The position numbers were made by a program, and so were the translations under genes. 64,000 bases of DNA from contig CALXDU010000001.1 in the NCBI GenBank assembly GCA_944387145.1, forward strand, positions 100 to 64,099, in the 5' to 3' direction. This document shows, piece by piece, positions 36,484 through 45,967 of this stretch. Below the pieces are notes generated by a model. The model was not told the DNA's origin. It did no database searches and was given only the letters and a program-made list of their open reading frames with translations. Position 1 is the stretch's first letter. The number at the start of each line of letters is the position of its first letter. Source of the stretch: an uncultured Oscillospiraceae bacterium (GTDB lineage Bacteria > Bacillota > Clostridia > Oscillospirales > Oscillospiraceae).

Positions 36484-36888
36484 TTACAGAAACAGATAAA
36501 GAGCCAAAGTCAGCAGTGCGGAATTCTGATCTTTTTGGGAGTCTCCTGCCATCAGAAGCAGTAGCAGAACAACGATCAGATCCTCTGTGCAGAAATCCTT
36601 TGGCAGCAGCTGTCGGAAAAATGACCCTACCGGCACAGCGGGGGTCGTATATTGGCGGTGTTCCTGACGGCGTGGAGGAGCGGAAACGATGTGAGAAGGT
36701 CGATGGGCAGGAGATGGCTGTCCATTCCGGGGACGGTTTGAAACGGCGGCAGGAATCGGCTCTTGCCTTTGCGGCTGCTGATTGGAAGGCGTTTTGGGCA
36801 TCATTGGCTTGGCAGAGCTTGCCTGCATATCCGAAACCTGCTTTCGACGAAAACTGCCATCAGGCTGGGGGATATAGCGATTATACAT
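36484..36888 (-). CDS. Hypothetical protein (P/Q-rich, hydrophobic C-terminus)
   Basis: MYNRYIPQ..LLPKDFCTEDLIVVLLLLLMAG; GGAGG RBS; third gene of a tight operon. Confidence 0.75.
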   Translation of the reverse strand: MYNRYIPQPDGSFRRKQVSDMQASSAKPMMPKTPSNQQPQRQEPIPAAVSNRPRNGQPSPAHRPSHIVSAPPRRQEHRQYTTPAVPVGSFFRQLLPKDFCTEDLIVVLLLLLMAGDSQKDQNSALLTLALYLFL

Positions 36889-36892
36889 GAAT

Positions 36893-37258
36893 TCACCTCC
36901 CAATCAGACTTTGTAAGCCTCCGGCATTTAAAAATGTGGATGCCAGCGAGGCCATCTTGGCAGCACGCATGGCCCGTTCCAGCTTTTCTACCCGGTTATG
37001 ACTTAAGTATGGGGAAAGAGCCTGCAGCAGCGTCTGTTGATTCTGATCCACATTGTTTTGCTGCATAAAGCCAGAAAGCATTTGCAGCATTGCCGGATCA
37101 ATTTGAGGGATTGGGGATGTCTCCGGCTGGGCGGAGACATCCGAAAATTGCGCATCTTCGGACTGTACTTGACCCATGGCCTGGGCCATGGACATGATTT
37201 GCTGCATCATCTGTGGATTGGAGAGGATAGAACCCAGCTTCTCCTCCAGTTCACTCAC
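36893..37258 (-). CDS. Hypothetical Q/M-rich helical protein
   Basis: MSELEEKLGSILSNPQMMQQIMSMAQ..LLQALSPYLS..VEKLERAM; overlaps the upstream gene. Confidence 0.78.
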   Translation of the reverse strand: MSELEEKLGSILSNPQMMQQIMSMAQAMGQVQSEDAQFSDVSAQPETSPIPQIDPAMLQMLSGFMQQNNVDQNQQTLLQALSPYLSHNRVEKLERAMRAAKMASLASTFLNAGGLQSLIGR

Positions 37259-37476
37259 GTTTGTTCCTCCAGCTGCTTCAGCAGCGCTATGGCCTTCGGA
37301 TCGGTCAAAAGAGAAGAAACCAGCTTTTTCGCCTGAGAGTAGTCCCCGGCGGAGGCTTTGTTCATAGCTGACTGCAGCGCATCACCGCTGGAATGCTGAA
37401 GCATGGCAATCAGCTGCTGACCGGCAGGGGACTGAGCCAGTTTCATCAGTTGGGCGTAATCTGGTGTCTGTTGCAT
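37255..37476 (-). CDS. Small hypothetical helical protein
   Basis: GGGAGG RBS; LMKLAQSPAGQQLIAML..LLTDPKAIALLKQL. Confidence 0.75.
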   Translation of the reverse strand: MQQTPDYAQLMKLAQSPAGQQLIAMLQHSSGDALQSAMNKASAGDYSQAKKLVSSLLTDPKAIALLKQLEEQT

Positions 37477-37532
37477 TGCGATACCTCCCTAACGGAATAA
37501 CCATTGTTACGCGGAAATCCCTCTACTGAAAT

Positions 37533-37561
37533 AGCCTATGCAGGCAATGGAAGATATGTGC
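37533..37561 (-). promoter_or_regulatory. Candidate mother-cell (sigmaK/sigmaE-type) promoter
   Basis: GCACA-16 nt-CATAGGCT matches the sigmaK consensus mACm-N16-CATA---T. Confidence 0.5.
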
Positions 37562-37927
37562 CGAAAAAATCTTCTGCGTTCCAGTTCTTTCATTCTCTGC
37601 GATCGAAGATTTGCAATGATCTGTTGTATTTTAAGGAAGTTGTTTCTAAGGAGAGGCCAGGAGAGGGGATAAGGAATTTGCTGTATGCCCTTGCTCCACG
37701 CCCTCATCGCTTAATGTTATTGCAATATTATAATTTGTTTCCTTGCATTCTGATTGATGGAGCATATCTTGCGCTAGCTTATTCATGGAAATAGATAGAC
37801 ACCTGCGTTTCCGTTTTGCTTAGCAGCTTAACGTTAACACTGGTCACTGCTATTCGCTCTTCTTTTTTCTATTTGTCACACATCATTGTAACACCTACAG
37901 CTTCGCCGGTAAACTGGTCTTTGCCAC

Positions 37928-38219
37928 TTGACAAAGGGGAAACTTTCTGCTAGGATTAAACCCACAACACAGTGAAGGGAAGAAGTAAGCGTTTCCTTTC
38001 CCGCCAGAGAGCTGCCGGCTGGTGCAAGGCAGTGGGGATTCACGCCGAAATACCTCCCGGAGTGGCTTGCCTGAACAAACAGTAGGGCAGGACGGGAACG
38101 CCCGAGACAGCGGAAGGCGTTGTTGGACGCCAAGAGGGCATTTGTCGTGAGGCAGAGCCGAATTAGAGGTGGTACCGCGTATTTTACGCCCTCTATCCGT
38201 GTGGATAGAGGGCGTTTTT
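37928..38219 (+). ncRNA. sigmaA promoter plus T-box riboswitch, tyrosine specifier
   Basis: TTGACA-17-TAGGAT; stem I with specifier TAC at 38051-38053; stem II GAAC/AGTA; T-box AATTAGAGGTGGTACCGCG; terminator ACGCCCTCTATCC..GGATAGAGGGCGT-TTTT. Confidence 0.92.
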
Positions 38220-38248
38220 GTTATTGTATGGACGAAGGGAGACAGAAA

Positions 38249-39196
38249 ATGCTGACTGTGCCTATGGACATATTGAATCAGTTTCCTGTGCGAAAAACAG
38301 GTAGGCAAAAGGATGCCTTTCGTGCTGCTGTGCAAGCATATGCGGAAAGTTTGGGTTATGTTTGCCGGGAGGAAAAGGGAAGCTTTGGCAGCCGTAATCT
38401 GGTAATCGGCGATCCGGAAACAGCGAGTTTTTTGGTCACAGCCCACTATGATACCTGTGCGGTTCTGCCTGTTCCGAATCTGATTACCCCGTGTAATTTG
38501 TTTCTGTTTTTTCTGTACCAGATAGTTCTCACAGCGGGAATTTTTCTGCTGTCAATCTTAATTGGTGTTGCAGCTGGACTTTTGACTGGAAGCTCGTTCA
38601 TTGCAGGATGGGCTGGATATGTTACGATTTGGGCTATCCTTATCTGTATGGTAGTTGGCCCTGCCAATAGGCACAATGCCAATGACAACACCTCTGGAGT
38701 GATAACGGTGCTGGAAATTGCCAGAACGCTGCCGGAGAATCAACGAAAGAAAGTTTGCTTTGTGCTGTTTGATCTGGAAGAAGCAGGCTTGATTGGGTCT
38801 GCATCCTACCGAAAAACCCACAGAAAGCAGATTGCCAGACAGCTGGTTCTGAATCTGGATTGCGTGGGTGATGGGGATCACTTGATGCTGTTTCCCACCA
38901 GGAAGCTCCGGAAGGACAAAACCAAGCTGGCTTTCCTATATCGGACATGCGGGTATTTTGGGAAAAAATCCCTGCTCCTGCGGGAAAAAGGTTTTGCAAT
39001 CTATCCCTCTGACCAGATGAATTTTCCCTATGGAGTCGGAATCTGTGCTTTGCGCAAGGGCAGGCTGGGATTGTACCTCAGCCGAATACATACCCCCAAA
39101 GACACCATTTTAGAAGAAACAAACGTCAATATTCTGCGCGCCGCATTGACAAGTTTTATCTGCTGCAGCGCAGTTACCTTTGGAAAGGAAGAATGA
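38249..39196 (+). CDS. M28-family metallopeptidase with a TM hairpin inserted in the catalytic domain
   Basis: TAHYDT, ANDNTSG, DLEEAG, NLDCVG and IHTPKD (five zinc-site motifs); hydrophobic hairpin between HYD and NDN. Confidence 0.85.
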   Translation: MLTVPMDILNQFPVRKTGRQKDAFRAAVQAYAESLGYVCREEKGSFGSRNLVIGDPETASFLVTAHYDTCAVLPVPNLITPCNLFLFFLYQIVLTAGIFLLSILIGVAAGLLTGSSFIAGWAGYVTIWAILICMVVGPANRHNANDNTSGVITVLEIARTLPENQRKKVCFVLFDLEEAGLIGSASYRKTHRKQIARQLVLNLDCVGDGDHLMLFPTRKLRKDKTKLAFLYRTCGYFGKKSLLLREKGFAIYPSDQMNFPYGVGICALRKGRLGLYLSRIHTPKDTILEETNVNILRAALTSFICCSAVTFGKEE

Positions 39197-39199
39197 ACA

Positions 39200-40423
39200 A
39201 TGAAAGTGTATGACGAACTGGTTGCCCGTGGTTTGATTGCTCAGGTCACGGACGAAGCGGAAATCCGGGAGATGATCGACAATGGCAAGGCTACCTTCTA
39301 TATTGGCTTTGACCCTACTGCGGATTCTCTGCATGTGGGACATTTTATGGCTCTGTGCCTGATGAAACGCCTGCAGATGGCAGGCAACCGCCCCATCGCT
39401 CTGATCGGCGGCGGCACCGCCATGATTGGCGACCCCTCCGGACGCAGCGACATGCGTTCCATGATGACCCAGGAAACCATCCAGCACAACTGTGAGTGTT
39501 TCAAAAAGCAGATGGAGCGTTTTATCGAGTTTGGCGAAGGCAAGGCTATGATGGTGAATAACGCCGATTGGCTGCTGAACCTGAACTACATCGACTTTAT
39601 CCGGGATATTGGCGCCTGCTTCTCTGTCAACAATATGCTCCGGGCTGAGTGTTTCAAGCAGCGCATGGAGAAGGGCCTGTCCTTCCTGGAATTCAACTAC
39701 ATGCCTATGCAGTCTTATGACTTCTACTACCTCTACCAGCATTACGGCTGCAACATGCAGTTCGGCGGCAATGACCAGTGGAGCAATATGCTGGGCGGCA
39801 CGGAGCTGATCCGCAGAAAGCTGGGCAAGGATGCCCATGCCATGACCATCACGTTGCTCCTGAATTCTGAGGGCAAGAAGATGGGCAAAACCGCAAAGGG
39901 CGCTGTGTGGCTGGACCCCAACAAAACTTCTCCCTTTGACTTCTACCAGTACTGGCGGAATGTAGAGGATGCTGATGTAATGAAGTGCATCCGGATGCTG
40001 ACCTTCCTGCCCCTGGAAGAAATTGACGCCATGGCAGACTGGAAAGACGCCCAGTTGAATGTGGCCAAGGAAATTCTGGCATACGAGCTGACTAAGCTGG
40101 TCCACGGCGAAGAGGAGGCAGAAAAAGCCAAAGCTGCAGCTAAGGCTCTGTTTGTCGGCGGTGGCGATGATGCCAATATGCCCACAACCCAGATCACAGA
40201 AGAACAGCTGACAGATGGCCAGATTGGCATTCTGAACTTGATGGTTGCCTGCAAGCTGGCTTCTTCCAATAAGGAAGCCCGTCGGCTGATTGAGCAGGGC
40301 GGTGTCTTTGTCAATGACGAAAAGGTTCCTGCCGCTGCGTTTGTGATTACCAAAGACCAGCTGAAGGAAGGCGTGAAGATCCGTAAGGGTAAGAAGGTCT
40401 TCCATAAGGCAATCTTGGCCTGA
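39200..40423 (+). CDS. tyrS: Tyrosine--tRNA ligase
   Basis: [27 protein letters not shown]-terminal S4 domain. Confidence 0.98.
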   Translation: MKVYDELVARGLIAQVTDEAEIREMIDNGKATFYIGFDPTADSLHVGHFMALCLMKRLQMAGNRPIALIGGGTAMIGDPSGRSDMRSMMTQETIQHNCECFKKQMERFIEFGEGKAMMVNNADWLLNLNYIDFIRDIGACFSVNNMLRAECFKQRMEKGLSFLEFNYMPMQSYDFYYLYQHYGCNMQFGGNDQWSNMLGGTELIRRKLGKDAHAMTITLLLNSEGKKMGKTAKGAVWLDPNKTSPFDFYQYWRNVEDADVMKCIRMLTFLPLEEIDAMADWKDAQLNVAKEILAYELTKLVHGEEEAEKAKAAAKALFVGGGDDANMPTTQITEEQLTDGQIGILNLMVACKLASSNKEARRLIEQGGVFVNDEKVPAAAFVITKDQLKEGVKIRKGKKVFHKAILA

Positions 40424-40435
40424 TTTTTACAGAAT

Positions 40436-40470
40436 ATTTCGCAGAGCATTCCTGCTCTGCGAAATTCTTT
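40436..40470 (+). terminator. Intrinsic terminator
   Basis: ATTTCGCAGAGCA-TTCC-TGCTCTGCGAAAT followed by TCTTT. Confidence 0.72.
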
Positions 40471-40471
40471 C

Positions 40472-40500
40472 TTGACATACTGTGTGACACACTATATAAT
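40472..40500 (+). promoter_or_regulatory. Consensus sigmaA promoter with a palindromic operator in the spacer
   Basis: TTGACA-17-TATAAT; ATACTGTGT-G-ACACACTAT near-palindrome (40477-40495). Confidence 0.78.
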
Positions 40501-40530
40501 GAATATATACAGTAATGTGAGGTGAAGGGT

Positions 40531-40869
40531 GTGGATGTAGATGAAGTGGTGTCCGGTCTGATTCTGGAACTGCGCCGGGGTACCTTGATTTTGTTGGTAC
40601 TGAGCCAGATGAAGGAGCCTACCTATGGTTATTCTCTGGTAAAGACATTAAGTGACAATCAGATTCCCATGGACGCCAATACTTTGTACCCGCTCCTGCG
40701 CCGATTGGAGGGGCAAGGGCTGCTTTCCAGTCAGTGGGATACTGCCCAGGGAAAGCCGCGAAAGTACTACCAAATTACCGAAAACGGCATGGAGGTATTG
40801 GAGAAAACAAAAACCTATTGGAAGAGATTTTCTGAGCATGTGGACAACTTATTGGAGGGGACAGTATGA
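40531..40869 (+). CDS. PadR-family transcriptional regulator
   Basis: ELRRGTLILLVL, YGYSL, NTLYPLLRRLE, RKYYQITENG; GTG start after GAGGTG. Confidence 0.92.
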   Translation: MDVDEVVSGLILELRRGTLILLVLSQMKEPTYGYSLVKTLSDNQIPMDANTLYPLLRRLEGQGLLSSQWDTAQGKPRKYYQITENGMEVLEKTKTYWKRFSEHVDNLLEGTV

Positions 40870-41837
40870 ATCAGGATTTGCTGGAGCGCTATCTTTATGC
40901 CGTCACACGCCGGCTGCCGGAAAAGCAGCGGGAGGATGTGGCCCAGGAATTGCGAGGCCTGGTGGATGACATGCTTTTCGATCGCTGCGGGGACATTACA
41001 CCAACGGAAAAAGATCTTCGTGTGGTGCTGACAGAGCTAGGAACCCCTCGGGAATTGTATGAAAAGTATTCCGGCGACGCAGGAAAATGCCTGATCGGAC
41101 AGCCTTATTACAGTACATATAAATTGGTCTTGGGAATTGTTTTAATTTGCGCTGGGGCTGGTATTACCATCGCCAACGGTATTTTGCTGATGTTGGAACC
41201 TCAGAACGGACTGCAGGCGGTGCTGACCTGGCTGAGTATGCTTTGGAACAGCCTGATCAGTGCATTTGCCTTTGTAACCTTGTTGTTTGCGTTCTTCTCC
41301 TGGCGGGGGATTCCGGTCAACAGAGATTTCGATTTTGACAGTCTGCCTACAGTGCCCAAACAGCGGGAACAGATCTCCCGGTGGGAATGTATTGCCGGCA
41401 TTGCCTTTTGTATCTTTTTTATGGTGGTATTTTTAGGGGTTCCCCAGGTATTTTGCGCATGGCTCCCGGAGACTAACCAGCGTATCCCAGTATTTGACGC
41501 TGCCGCTATTCGCCAGGGATGGTATTGGATTGCCTTGTTTTCTGTTTTAGGAATTGCCGGAGAGACGGTGAAACTGTTGGAAGGACGATACAACCGCAAC
41601 GTTTTGTTGGTAACTCTGGGGACTAATTTTCTCTCGGCAGTGGCTGGGATTCTTTGGCTGACACAGTACAATCTGATGAGTCCGGAATTTACAGCCCATC
41701 TTTCTCAACTCTTTGGGGAAGGGGAGGAAATTGTTGTGACATTATTTTCCAACTTCCAGATATTTTTCCTGTGCGTTCTGTTGTTTGCCCTGATTCTGGA
41801 CACTGCGGAAGCAGTGATACGAACGCTGAAAAAATAA
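40866..41837 (+). CDS. Multi-TM membrane protein with N-terminal HAAS-like helical domain
   Basis: LLERYLYAVTRRLP..REDVAQELRGLVDDML..LGTPRELYEKY, then about 6 TM; ATGA overlap with padR. Confidence 0.72.
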   Translation: MNQDLLERYLYAVTRRLPEKQREDVAQELRGLVDDMLFDRCGDITPTEKDLRVVLTELGTPRELYEKYSGDAGKCLIGQPYYSTYKLVLGIVLICAGAGITIANGILLMLEPQNGLQAVLTWLSMLWNSLISAFAFVTLLFAFFSWRGIPVNRDFDFDSLPTVPKQREQISRWECIAGIAFCIFFMVVFLGVPQVFCAWLPETNQRIPVFDAAAIRQGWYWIALFSVLGIAGETVKLLEGRYNRNVLLVTLGTNFLSAVAGILWLTQYNLMSPEFTAHLSQLFGEGEEIVVTLFSNFQIFFLCVLLFALILDTAEAVIRTLKK

Positions 41838-41841
41838 ACTT

Positions 41842-41868
41842 TGGCCGGAAAGCATTGCTTTCCGGCCA
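41842..41868. terminator. Bidirectional terminator
   Basis: TGGCCGGAAAGCA-T-TGCTTTCCGGCCA. Confidence 0.75.
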
Positions 41869-41875
41869 TCTTTGC

Positions 41876-42751
41876 TCAATGAATATCAAGCCACTGCGCC
41901 AATGACTTTTGGGTTTCGCTGGTGGGGTGTGTCAGAGGCAGCCGACAAGTTCCGCAGTCAAAGCCGATGAGCTGCATGGCGGCTTTGACAGGGATGGGAT
42001 TGACTTCCTGGAACAACAGTTCTATCAATGGAAGAAGCTGAAGCTGCAGATCTGTGGCTGTGTCGAAGTCACCGTCTAAAGCTGCCTGTGCCATCGCTTG
42101 CACTTCTACAGGGAACAGATTGGAAACGACAGAAATTACTCCGGCCCCGCCCAGTGCCATAACTGCGACGGCTTGTTGATCGTTTCCGCTCCATACGGCA
42201 AAGTCAGCAGGGCATTCTGCACGGATTTGGGCGATTTTGTTGATATCTGTGGATGCTTCCTTTACGCCGATGATGTTTGGAAGCTGGGCAAGGCATTTGT
42301 AAACGCTCACCGGAATATCCACACCGGTACGGGATGGGACATTGTAAAGGATGATGGGGATATGTACCGAGGCTGCGATGGCGCTGTAGTGCGCGACTAA
42401 ACCCTCTGGTGTTGCTTTGTTGTAGTAGGGGCTGACTACCAGCAGCGCATCTACGCCGACTTCTTGTGCTGCCTTGCTCAGTGCTACGGCGTGTTCCGTG
42501 GAGTTAGAACCAGTTCCGGCGATGATTGAGCAGCGACCAGCGGCATAATGGACACCTTTTCGGAAAATCTCCAGTTTTTCGCAGTCAGACAATGTTGGAG
42601 ATTCACCGGTGGTACCGCACAATACTACAGCAGAAATCCCGGCATCCGACTGCCGTTTAATCAGTTGTTCCAACATGGGGTAGTTTACCTTTTCTCCTAA
42701 AAACGGGGTGACCAGCGCCGTACAGGCACCTGAAAAGAATGGTTTTTTCAT
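41876..42751 (-). CDS. dapA: 4-hydroxy-tetrahydrodipicolinate synthase
   Basis: GTTGES, SPYYNK, LYNVPSRTG, GVKEAS (Schiff-base Lys), NPIPVK. Confidence 0.96.
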   Translation of the reverse strand: MKKPFFSGACTALVTPFLGEKVNYPMLEQLIKRQSDAGISAVVLCGTTGESPTLSDCEKLEIFRKGVHYAAGRCSIIAGTGSNSTEHAVALSKAAQEVGVDALLVVSPYYNKATPEGLVAHYSAIAASVHIPIILYNVPSRTGVDIPVSVYKCLAQLPNIIGVKEASTDINKIAQIRAECPADFAVWSGNDQQAVAVMALGGAGVISVVSNLFPVEVQAMAQAALDGDFDTATDLQLQLLPLIELLFQEVNPIPVKAAMQLIGFDCGTCRLPLTHPTSETQKSLAQWLDIH

Positions 42752-42948
42752 AAATTGATACCTCCATGCCCAGTCTATGCACAAGAGATCCGTTTTGTTT
42801 GCTTGAATACCGGAAAACAGGCTATACTGATGATGGCGTAATCTTGTGTGGATTCAATGGTGATATGCTTGCAATCGTTTTGCCTATATGGTATGATAAG
42901 CAAAATAATGTCCGGATGCTTTTAAAGAAAAAGGATGTGCAGAAGAAA

Positions 42949-44352
42949 ATGAAAAAACTAAGCCGTGGTGCATATGAAGATATGAAAGGATTTGTCCGGG
43001 TTGCGGAGACGCTGTTGGAAATTCTGATCTTAACATTGATGTACTATATTGCTTGGGTGGAAGGGTATTCGCTTTCTTATTTTGAATACAAAGGAAAATA
43101 TGTTCTGATGGGCATCTATGCGGTGATGCTGTATATTTTCTTTCAGAACGCTGACTGCACCATGTTTGGCCAGCTTCGCAGAATAGACCTGATCATGGGA
43201 CAAATTATCTCTCTTTTTTTGGTGAATTTTATCACCTATTTCCAACTGTGCTTGATTGCGAACAGCATGCTGTCGCCGTCCCCGATTCTGACACTTTTCG
43301 CTTGGGAGATTGCTGGGGCTGTAGGATGTATTTATGCGTTCACCAGCCTTTACCATAGACTTTATGCGCCGCATGATATGCTCCTGATTTACGGAAATGA
43401 GCGGGGAGTGGAACTGAAAATCAAAATGGATTCCCGTCGGGACAAGTACAACATCAGTAAACTCATTTCCATTGAAGAAGGGCTTGAGGCATTACGACAA
43501 GAAATACCGAAATACGATGCAGTCATTCTGAATGATGTGCCGGCTCAGATGCGAAATGATATTCTGAAATTTTGTTACCGTTACCGGATTCGCACATATG
43601 TAGCGCCGAAACTGACGGATATTATGATCCGCGGAGCAAGAAATATCAGCCTGTTTGATACCCCGTTGCTGCTTGTGAAGGGTACTGGACTGACACCTGC
43701 GCAGCGGGTGATGAAGCGTGGCGTGGATTTGGTTTTGTGTTCTATTGCCATGATTTTTGCGGCGCCGGTTATGATATTTGTGGCTCTGGCGATTAAGATA
43801 GAAGACGGAGGCCCGGTATTTTTTAAGCAGAAAAGACTTACCCGAAACAACCGGGAGTTTGATATCCTGAAATTCCGGAGTATGATTGTGGATGCGGAAA
43901 AATATGCCGGAGCGGTTTTGGCAACGGAGCACGATCCTCGCATCACGAAAGTCGGAAGATTTATCCGTGCTACTCGCCTGGATGAATTGCCCCAGCTGTT
44001 GAACATCTTGAAAGGGGATATGAGTATCGTAGGCCCCCGACCGGAGCGGAAGGTCATTGCCGACGAGTATATGAAGGAGATTCCGGAATTTGCTTACCGC
44101 CTGAAGGTGCGTGGCGGTCTGACAGGATATGCGCAGATTTACGGAAAGTACAATACCAGTGCTTATGACAAGCTGCGGCTGGATTTGATGTACATTGAGA
44201 ACTATTCTATGATGCTGGATATTAAGCTGATTATCCTGACACTGCGTATAATTTTCAGTAAAGATAGTACAGAAGGCATCGATAAAGCCCAGGAAAACAA
44301 GAAAATGGCATCGGAACTTCTAAAAAAGATGAAAAAAGACAGCAATTCATGA
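42949..44352 (+). CDS. Polyprenyl-phosphate glycosylphosphotransferase (priming sugar transferase)
   Basis: N-terminal TMs, Rossmann-like middle, KRGVDL, KFRSM, LDELPQLLNILKGDMSIVGPRP. Confidence 0.93.
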   Translation: MKKLSRGAYEDMKGFVRVAETLLEILILTLMYYIAWVEGYSLSYFEYKGKYVLMGIYAVMLYIFFQNADCTMFGQLRRIDLIMGQIISLFLVNFITYFQLCLIANSMLSPSPILTLFAWEIAGAVGCIYAFTSLYHRLYAPHDMLLIYGNERGVELKIKMDSRRDKYNISKLISIEEGLEALRQEIPKYDAVILNDVPAQMRNDILKFCYRYRIRTYVAPKLTDIMIRGARNISLFDTPLLLVKGTGLTPAQRVMKRGVDLVLCSIAMIFAAPVMIFVALAIKIEDGGPVFFKQKRLTRNNREFDILKFRSMIVDAEKYAGAVLATEHDPRITKVGRFIRATRLDELPQLLNILKGDMSIVGPRPERKVIADEYMKEIPEFAYRLKVRGGLTGYAQIYGKYNTSAYDKLRLDLMYIENYSMMLDIKLIILTLRIIFSKDSTEGIDKAQENKKMASELLKKMKKDSNS

Positions 44353-44575
44353 ACAAATGTTGCGCCCGTATGTGTAAAAGCATGCGGGTGCCTTGCTGTT
44401 TCCATGCACAAAAAATGGCATTTCCTGAAAAAATGTAGACTTTTTTTAAGATCTTTTCCGGAAAAACACGGAGTATTTTAAAATGTGTCTTGCAAAAAAG
44501 GGATAACTTGCTATAATATGGAGTGCATATGATGCATGCATAGCAGCGGGAGATTCCGCTGGAGAGGAGTGGAAT

Positions 44576-45955
44576 ATGTCTTTACGGGCGAAAATGTTTA
44601 CAAGCTGGATGAAAAAACGTCCCAAAAATATGAGCGCCATGAAAGTGATTGCAATCGTATTTGCGGTTATTATCCTGACAGGCGCATGCTTGCTGACACT
44701 TCCGGTTGCATCCCGGGATGGGACTTCCAGTGGATTTTTACCGGCTCTGTTCACCGTAACCTCCGCAACCTGCGTAACGGGACTGGTTTTGTTTGATACC
44801 TGGAGCCAGTGGAGTGGATTTGGACAAATTGTGATTATTGCGCTTATTCAGATCGGTGGACTTGGATTCATGTCTGCGGCTACGCTTCTGGTCTTTATGC
44901 TGCGCAAAAGAATCGGTCTGAAACATCGTCTGGTCATGGCCCAGGCGCTGAGTGTCAGTGACATGGATGGTGTGGTTCGGCTCCAGAAGACCGTGCTTGT
45001 GGGAAGCTTCGTCATCGAAGGAATCGGCGCTGCGATTCTGTTTTTCCGCTTTTTACCGGAATATGGTTTTGAGAGAGCCATTAAATGGGGAATCTTCCAC
45101 TCGGTCTCAGCATTCTGCAACGCTGGATTCGATATTTTTGGTTATATCAAACCGGATGCCAGCGTCATGGAATTTCAATCCGATCCGGTTGTACTGCTGA
45201 CATTGGCCTGCTTGATTGTAATTGGCGGCTTAGGTTTTCTTGTTTGGCAGGATGTCGCTGAGAAAAAGATTTTTAAAAAGCTCTCTGTTTATGCCAGACT
45301 GGTACTTGTGACCACGCTGGGCCTTATTGTAGTTGGCTGGACTTTGATTTGCTTCCTGGAATGGAACAATCCGAACACACTGGGCGCAATGCCGGTGGGA
45401 GATAAGCTGCTCAATGGACTATTCCAGTCTATTACCTTGCGGACTGCGGGTTTCGCCTCGTTGGACCAGGCGCAGTTAACAGAGGGAGGAAAAGCCGTAT
45501 CCATTGTGCTGATGCTCATTGGCGGTTCTTCCGGATCTACTGCCGGTGGCTTGAAAACGGTTACCTTTATCGTCTTGATCCTGTTTATGACCACACGGGC
45601 CAGAGGCCGGGACACAGTGTGTGTTTTCAAACATACCATTCCGCAAGGTCAGGTGCTGGACTCCATGACCATCGCCTTTATTTTGATTTTCCTGGCGGTT
45701 TTTGGTGGAATTTTTATCAGCGCAACTTCTCCGGTGGGATTCACGGAAGGACTTTTTGAAGCGGTTTCTGCTTTGGCAACTGTGGGACTGACTGCAGGGG
45801 CTACCACATCTTTAAGCATCCCTGCTCAGATTCTGATTATACTGTACATGTATTTTGGTCGTGTGGGCGTACTGACGATCAGTATGGGCTTCCTGGCGGG
45901 CAACCGTGTGGAGGAACGTTTCCATTATGCTGAGACGAATTTGCTGATTGGATAA
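44576..45955 (+). CDS. TrkH/KtrB-family K+ uptake membrane subunit
   Basis: Four pore loops SATCVTG, SAFCNAG, TLRTAG, ALATVG; MYFGRVG. Confidence 0.95.
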   Translation: MSLRAKMFTSWMKKRPKNMSAMKVIAIVFAVIILTGACLLTLPVASRDGTSSGFLPALFTVTSATCVTGLVLFDTWSQWSGFGQIVIIALIQIGGLGFMSAATLLVFMLRKRIGLKHRLVMAQALSVSDMDGVVRLQKTVLVGSFVIEGIGAAILFFRFLPEYGFERAIKWGIFHSVSAFCNAGFDIFGYIKPDASVMEFQSDPVVLLTLACLIVIGGLGFLVWQDVAEKKIFKKLSVYARLVLVTTLGLIVVGWTLICFLEWNNPNTLGAMPVGDKLLNGLFQSITLRTAGFASLDQAQLTEGGKAVSIVLMLIGGSSGSTAGGLKTVTFIVLILFMTTRARGRDTVCVFKHTIPQGQVLDSMTIAFILIFLAVFGGIFISATSPVGFTEGLFEAVSALATVGLTAGATTSLSIPAQILIILYMYFGRVGVLTISMGFLAGNRVEERFHYAETNLLIG

Positions 45956-45967
45956 GGAGTATAGAAT

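Noticed and set aside
37570-37870. Hidden gene or sRNA in the AT-rich gap before the Tyr T-box
   Set aside because: Short ORFs lack an RBS and motifs; no promoter-terminator pair; possibly a decayed remnant.
39110-40405. 431-aa minus-strand ORF
   Set aside because: Antisense shadow of tyrS.
44490-44575. c-di-AMP (ydaO) riboswitch upstream of the K+ uptake genes
   Set aside because: Leader is only about 55 nt with one small hairpin; no ydaO consensus elements.
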